Below, one piece after another: positions 33,644-35,447 of a stretch of DNA of 35,447 bases. The translations under genes were made by a program, and so were the position numbers. How positions within the stretch are numbered: the stretch's first letter is position 1; each line of letters starts with the position of its first letter. The DNA lies in IMG/VR virus record IMGVR_UViG_3300001722_000025, positions 1-35,447 of that record; one strand, written 5' to 3'. The DNA comes from a virus (lineage: Duplodnaviria > Caudoviricetes). Below the pieces are notes generated by a model, which was given only the letters and a program-made list of their open reading frames with translations, was not told the DNA's origin and did no database searches.

Positions 33644-33969
33644 TGCCTGTGTACGCTTTGGTACGAATCAAACCCGGAGCACTGTGTTGTCAGGACAGGT
33701 CGATATACAGGTGGCCTCCAAGTAATTACGGGGAAGAAGGTAAAAACCTCGCAAGAGTTGAAGATGATGCTGTGTTTGTTGGAGAAAAACGCCTGAAATC
33801 AGGAGAGGTTCTTTGGGACTGCAAAGCAAGGGGCGCTGGCATTATAGGAGAATACGGAAATGGAGGAATATTCGTGTCTGGTGATGACTGCGTGGAAATG
33901 TTAACGCCCTTGCTTGGATATAAACCTGAACCACCACGACCAAAGCAGAAGGGCTCAGGTGATGAGTAA
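33643..33969 (+). CDS. Hypothetical protein
   Basis: TAATG coupling and GGAGG RBS. Confidence 0.7.
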   Translation: MPVYALVRIKPGALCCQDRSIYRWPPSNYGEEGKNLARVEDDAVFVGEKRLKSGEVLWDCKARGAGIIGEYGNGGIFVSGDDCVEMLTPLLGYKPEPPRPKQKGSGDE

Positions 33970-34540
33970 CACCCCAGAAACAATCTATCTAATACCCGGC
34001 GAAGACCTGGACGGGGTACCGGCAATGGTATGGTGTGACGATCCCGCGCCAAGCTATGCGAATGATCCAGCCGATGCGGTGAAGTATGTAAGGGCTGACC
34101 GGATAAGACCAAGCAACGAAATCATCGAGATCGAGCAATTACTGGCAGCAAATCGAGACCTGCAGGACTGGTTTGATGATGCCAGATCAGAAGTTGAGCA
34201 ACTGCGGGCAAGAGTGGCGGAGCTTGAAGAGTTCGCATTCTTTGTTCAACTGTCAGCCGAGCGGGAACTGGACCCTGATTACGTACCACCCAGAACAGAA
34301 GCCGCAATTAAGGTTCTGCTTGATGAGGCGAGAAAGATCACTGGCGAAGACGAGTCTTGCGACTATGTAAATGCATGGCTACTCCGCAAGCAGGCGGAGG
34401 CGGTGGAGGATTTCGGCCAACCGTTTGACCTGGTGCACCGTATGGTTTCATCCCGAAAAGTGGCCGAAGATGCGCGGGAATACGCCCAACGCCTGCGCCA
34501 ACAGGACGACGATGCAGAAAAGGCGGGAGGTGAGAAGTGA
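33962..34540 (+). CDS. Mosaic hypothetical protein
   Basis: AGGTG RBS before ATG 33962; PETIYL...WCDDP...YVRAD, EQLRARVAELE and AEKAGG modules. Confidence 0.75.
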   Translation: MSNTPETIYLIPGEDLDGVPAMVWCDDPAPSYANDPADAVKYVRADRIRPSNEIIEIEQLLAANRDLQDWFDDARSEVEQLRARVAELEEFAFFVQLSAERELDPDYVPPRTEAAIKVLLDEARKITGEDESCDYVNAWLLRKQAEAVEDFGQPFDLVHRMVSSRKVAEDAREYAQRLRQQDDDAEKAGGEK

Positions 34541-34743
34541 CTAAAAATGACTTTTGTCAAGTTTGTGGCAGCCAAAAGTTCGTATTCGTGACAACGATAC
34601 ACGGAAACACGGCTGCCGTAATGCCTGGCAACTCACTGTATATACCGAAGAGCATGGTTGACCGCTGGGAGTGCGCCTGCACCGAATGCGGGCTTTTATA
34701 CAGCCTGAACAGCCTGGCCAGCCAAGTTGAAATTTATGAGTGA
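34537..34743 (+). CDS. Small zinc-ribbon-like protein
   Basis: GTG start after GGAGGT; CQVCG...CTECG. Confidence 0.65.
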   Translation: MTKNDFCQVCGSQKFVFVTTIHGNTAAVMPGNSLYIPKSMVDRWECACTECGLLYSLNSLASQVEIYE

Positions 34744-35062
34744 TTTTAAGCTGCAAAGACTGGCTCAGGTCTACGTGTCAACTGATCTCCCTTCCCACAA
34801 GGAAATCGTGAATGATGCAATTAATGAGATTGAGCAACTGCGGGCAAGAGTGGCGGAGCTTGAGCTCCAAATCAGGCACCTGATGCATTACGAGGAAACC
34901 GCAGCCCGGGAGCTTTTGTTCTGGTGGGCAGAGCGCCTGAGCAATGCCCCGAACGAAGACATGAGAGATGTAGTGCGAGACGGATACCAGCGCATAGTTA
35001 ACCTAGCCAATGTTATAGACCGTCCGGGAGTAAAAGCAGAGAAGGCTGGAGGCACCACATGA
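34736..35062 (+). CDS. Hypothetical protein sharing modules with 33962-34540
   Basis: Contains EIEQLRARVAELE and a C-terminal AEKAGG. Confidence 0.72.
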   Translation: MSDFKLQRLAQVYVSTDLPSHKEIVNDAINEIEQLRARVAELELQIRHLMHYEETAARELLFWWAERLSNAPNEDMRDVVRDGYQRIVNLANVIDRPGVKAEKAGGTT

Positions 35063-35235
35063 ACTACGAATCATGGCGCATCGCCTTTCAAAGCTCAGAG
35101 CAAGCCGCCCGCGCAGCTCACCAGTCTGCTGAGAAATTAGGGCAGGCGTTGCTGGCACTTCAGGAAGAAATCCGCACCCTTGAGGAAGAAAACCGGGCAT
35201 TGCGGAACGTGGAAACAGTCAAGGTAGTGAGGTAA
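35059..35235 (+). CDS. Hypothetical coiled-coil protein, 58 aa
   Basis: Below the ORF-track cutoff; GGAGG RBS and ATGA overlap; MNYESWRIAFQSSEQAARAAH...VKVVR*. Confidence 0.72.
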   Translation: MNYESWRIAFQSSEQAARAAHQSAEKLGQALLALQEEIRTLEEENRALRNVETVKVVR

Positions 35236-35240
35236 CCACT

Positions 35241-35447
35241 ATGGCCAAACTCATCTCTCTGGAAGAATGGCGAGTACGCACCTTCGAGGCAGACGCTGGC
35301 CCTTCAAAGCGCGCAGTGTATAACTGGGCCAATAACGGCTTCATTCCAGGCGCTCGAAAAATTGGAGGGCTCTGGTTTGTGGATCCAGATAAAGTGAAGC
35401 AAACCACCGGAAACCCACTGGTTGATAAAGTATTGCAGGCAGGATAA
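35241..35447 (+). CDS. xis: Excisionase (lambda Xis-like)
   Basis: LISLEEW.....PS......W...G.I....K.G..W.V pattern; GAGGT RBS; last gene of the pL operon. Confidence 0.82.
   Translation: MAKLISLEEWRVRTFEADAGPSKRAVYNWANNGFIPGARKIGGLWFVDPDKVKQTTGNPLVDKVLQAG

Larger units (their letters stand above)
1..35447. mobile_element. Lambdoid temperate siphophage/prophage (partial; integrase and tail tip lie outside the window)
   Basis: Lambda-like gene order from xis through immunity, replication, Q, lysis, cos, head and tail. cos is internal, as expected for an integrated or circular form. Confidence 0.95.

Overview
The window is almost all of a temperate lambdoid siphophage/prophage, probably from a marine gammaproteobacterium (Marinobacter-like; host is inference only). 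The minus strand carries the lytic programme: cro, a split Toprim primase plus SF3-type helicase, a palindromic iteron array (likely origin), Q antiterminator, late promoter, lysis cassette, a 4-gene polysaccharide-lyase/Ig-domain cassette, a lambda-like cos site, Nu1/A terminase, W, portal, protease/scaffold, decoration protein, capsid, head-tail and tail genes, and the tape measure gene. The plus strand carries a cI-like repressor lacking a peptidase domain, a membrane protein, and a long pL-like operon (LuxR-HTH, antirepressor, YfdP/YfdQ-like pair, DEDDh exonuclease, orphan C5 methyltransferase, mosaic Ea-like genes) ending in an excisionase, so the integrase probably lies just beyond the right edge. 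The most notable items are: the signal-peptide-less lyase/Ig cassette between the spanins and cos (candidate capsid-displayed glycan-binding/degrading fibre system); a ~106-nt rod-like RNA plus a very basic orphan gene between portal and protease; a 39-bp terminator+RBS repeat bounding two morons; a primase split inside its Toprim domain; and an in-frame amber codon in a yfdP-like gene. All calls come from reading the sequence; no database searches were run.
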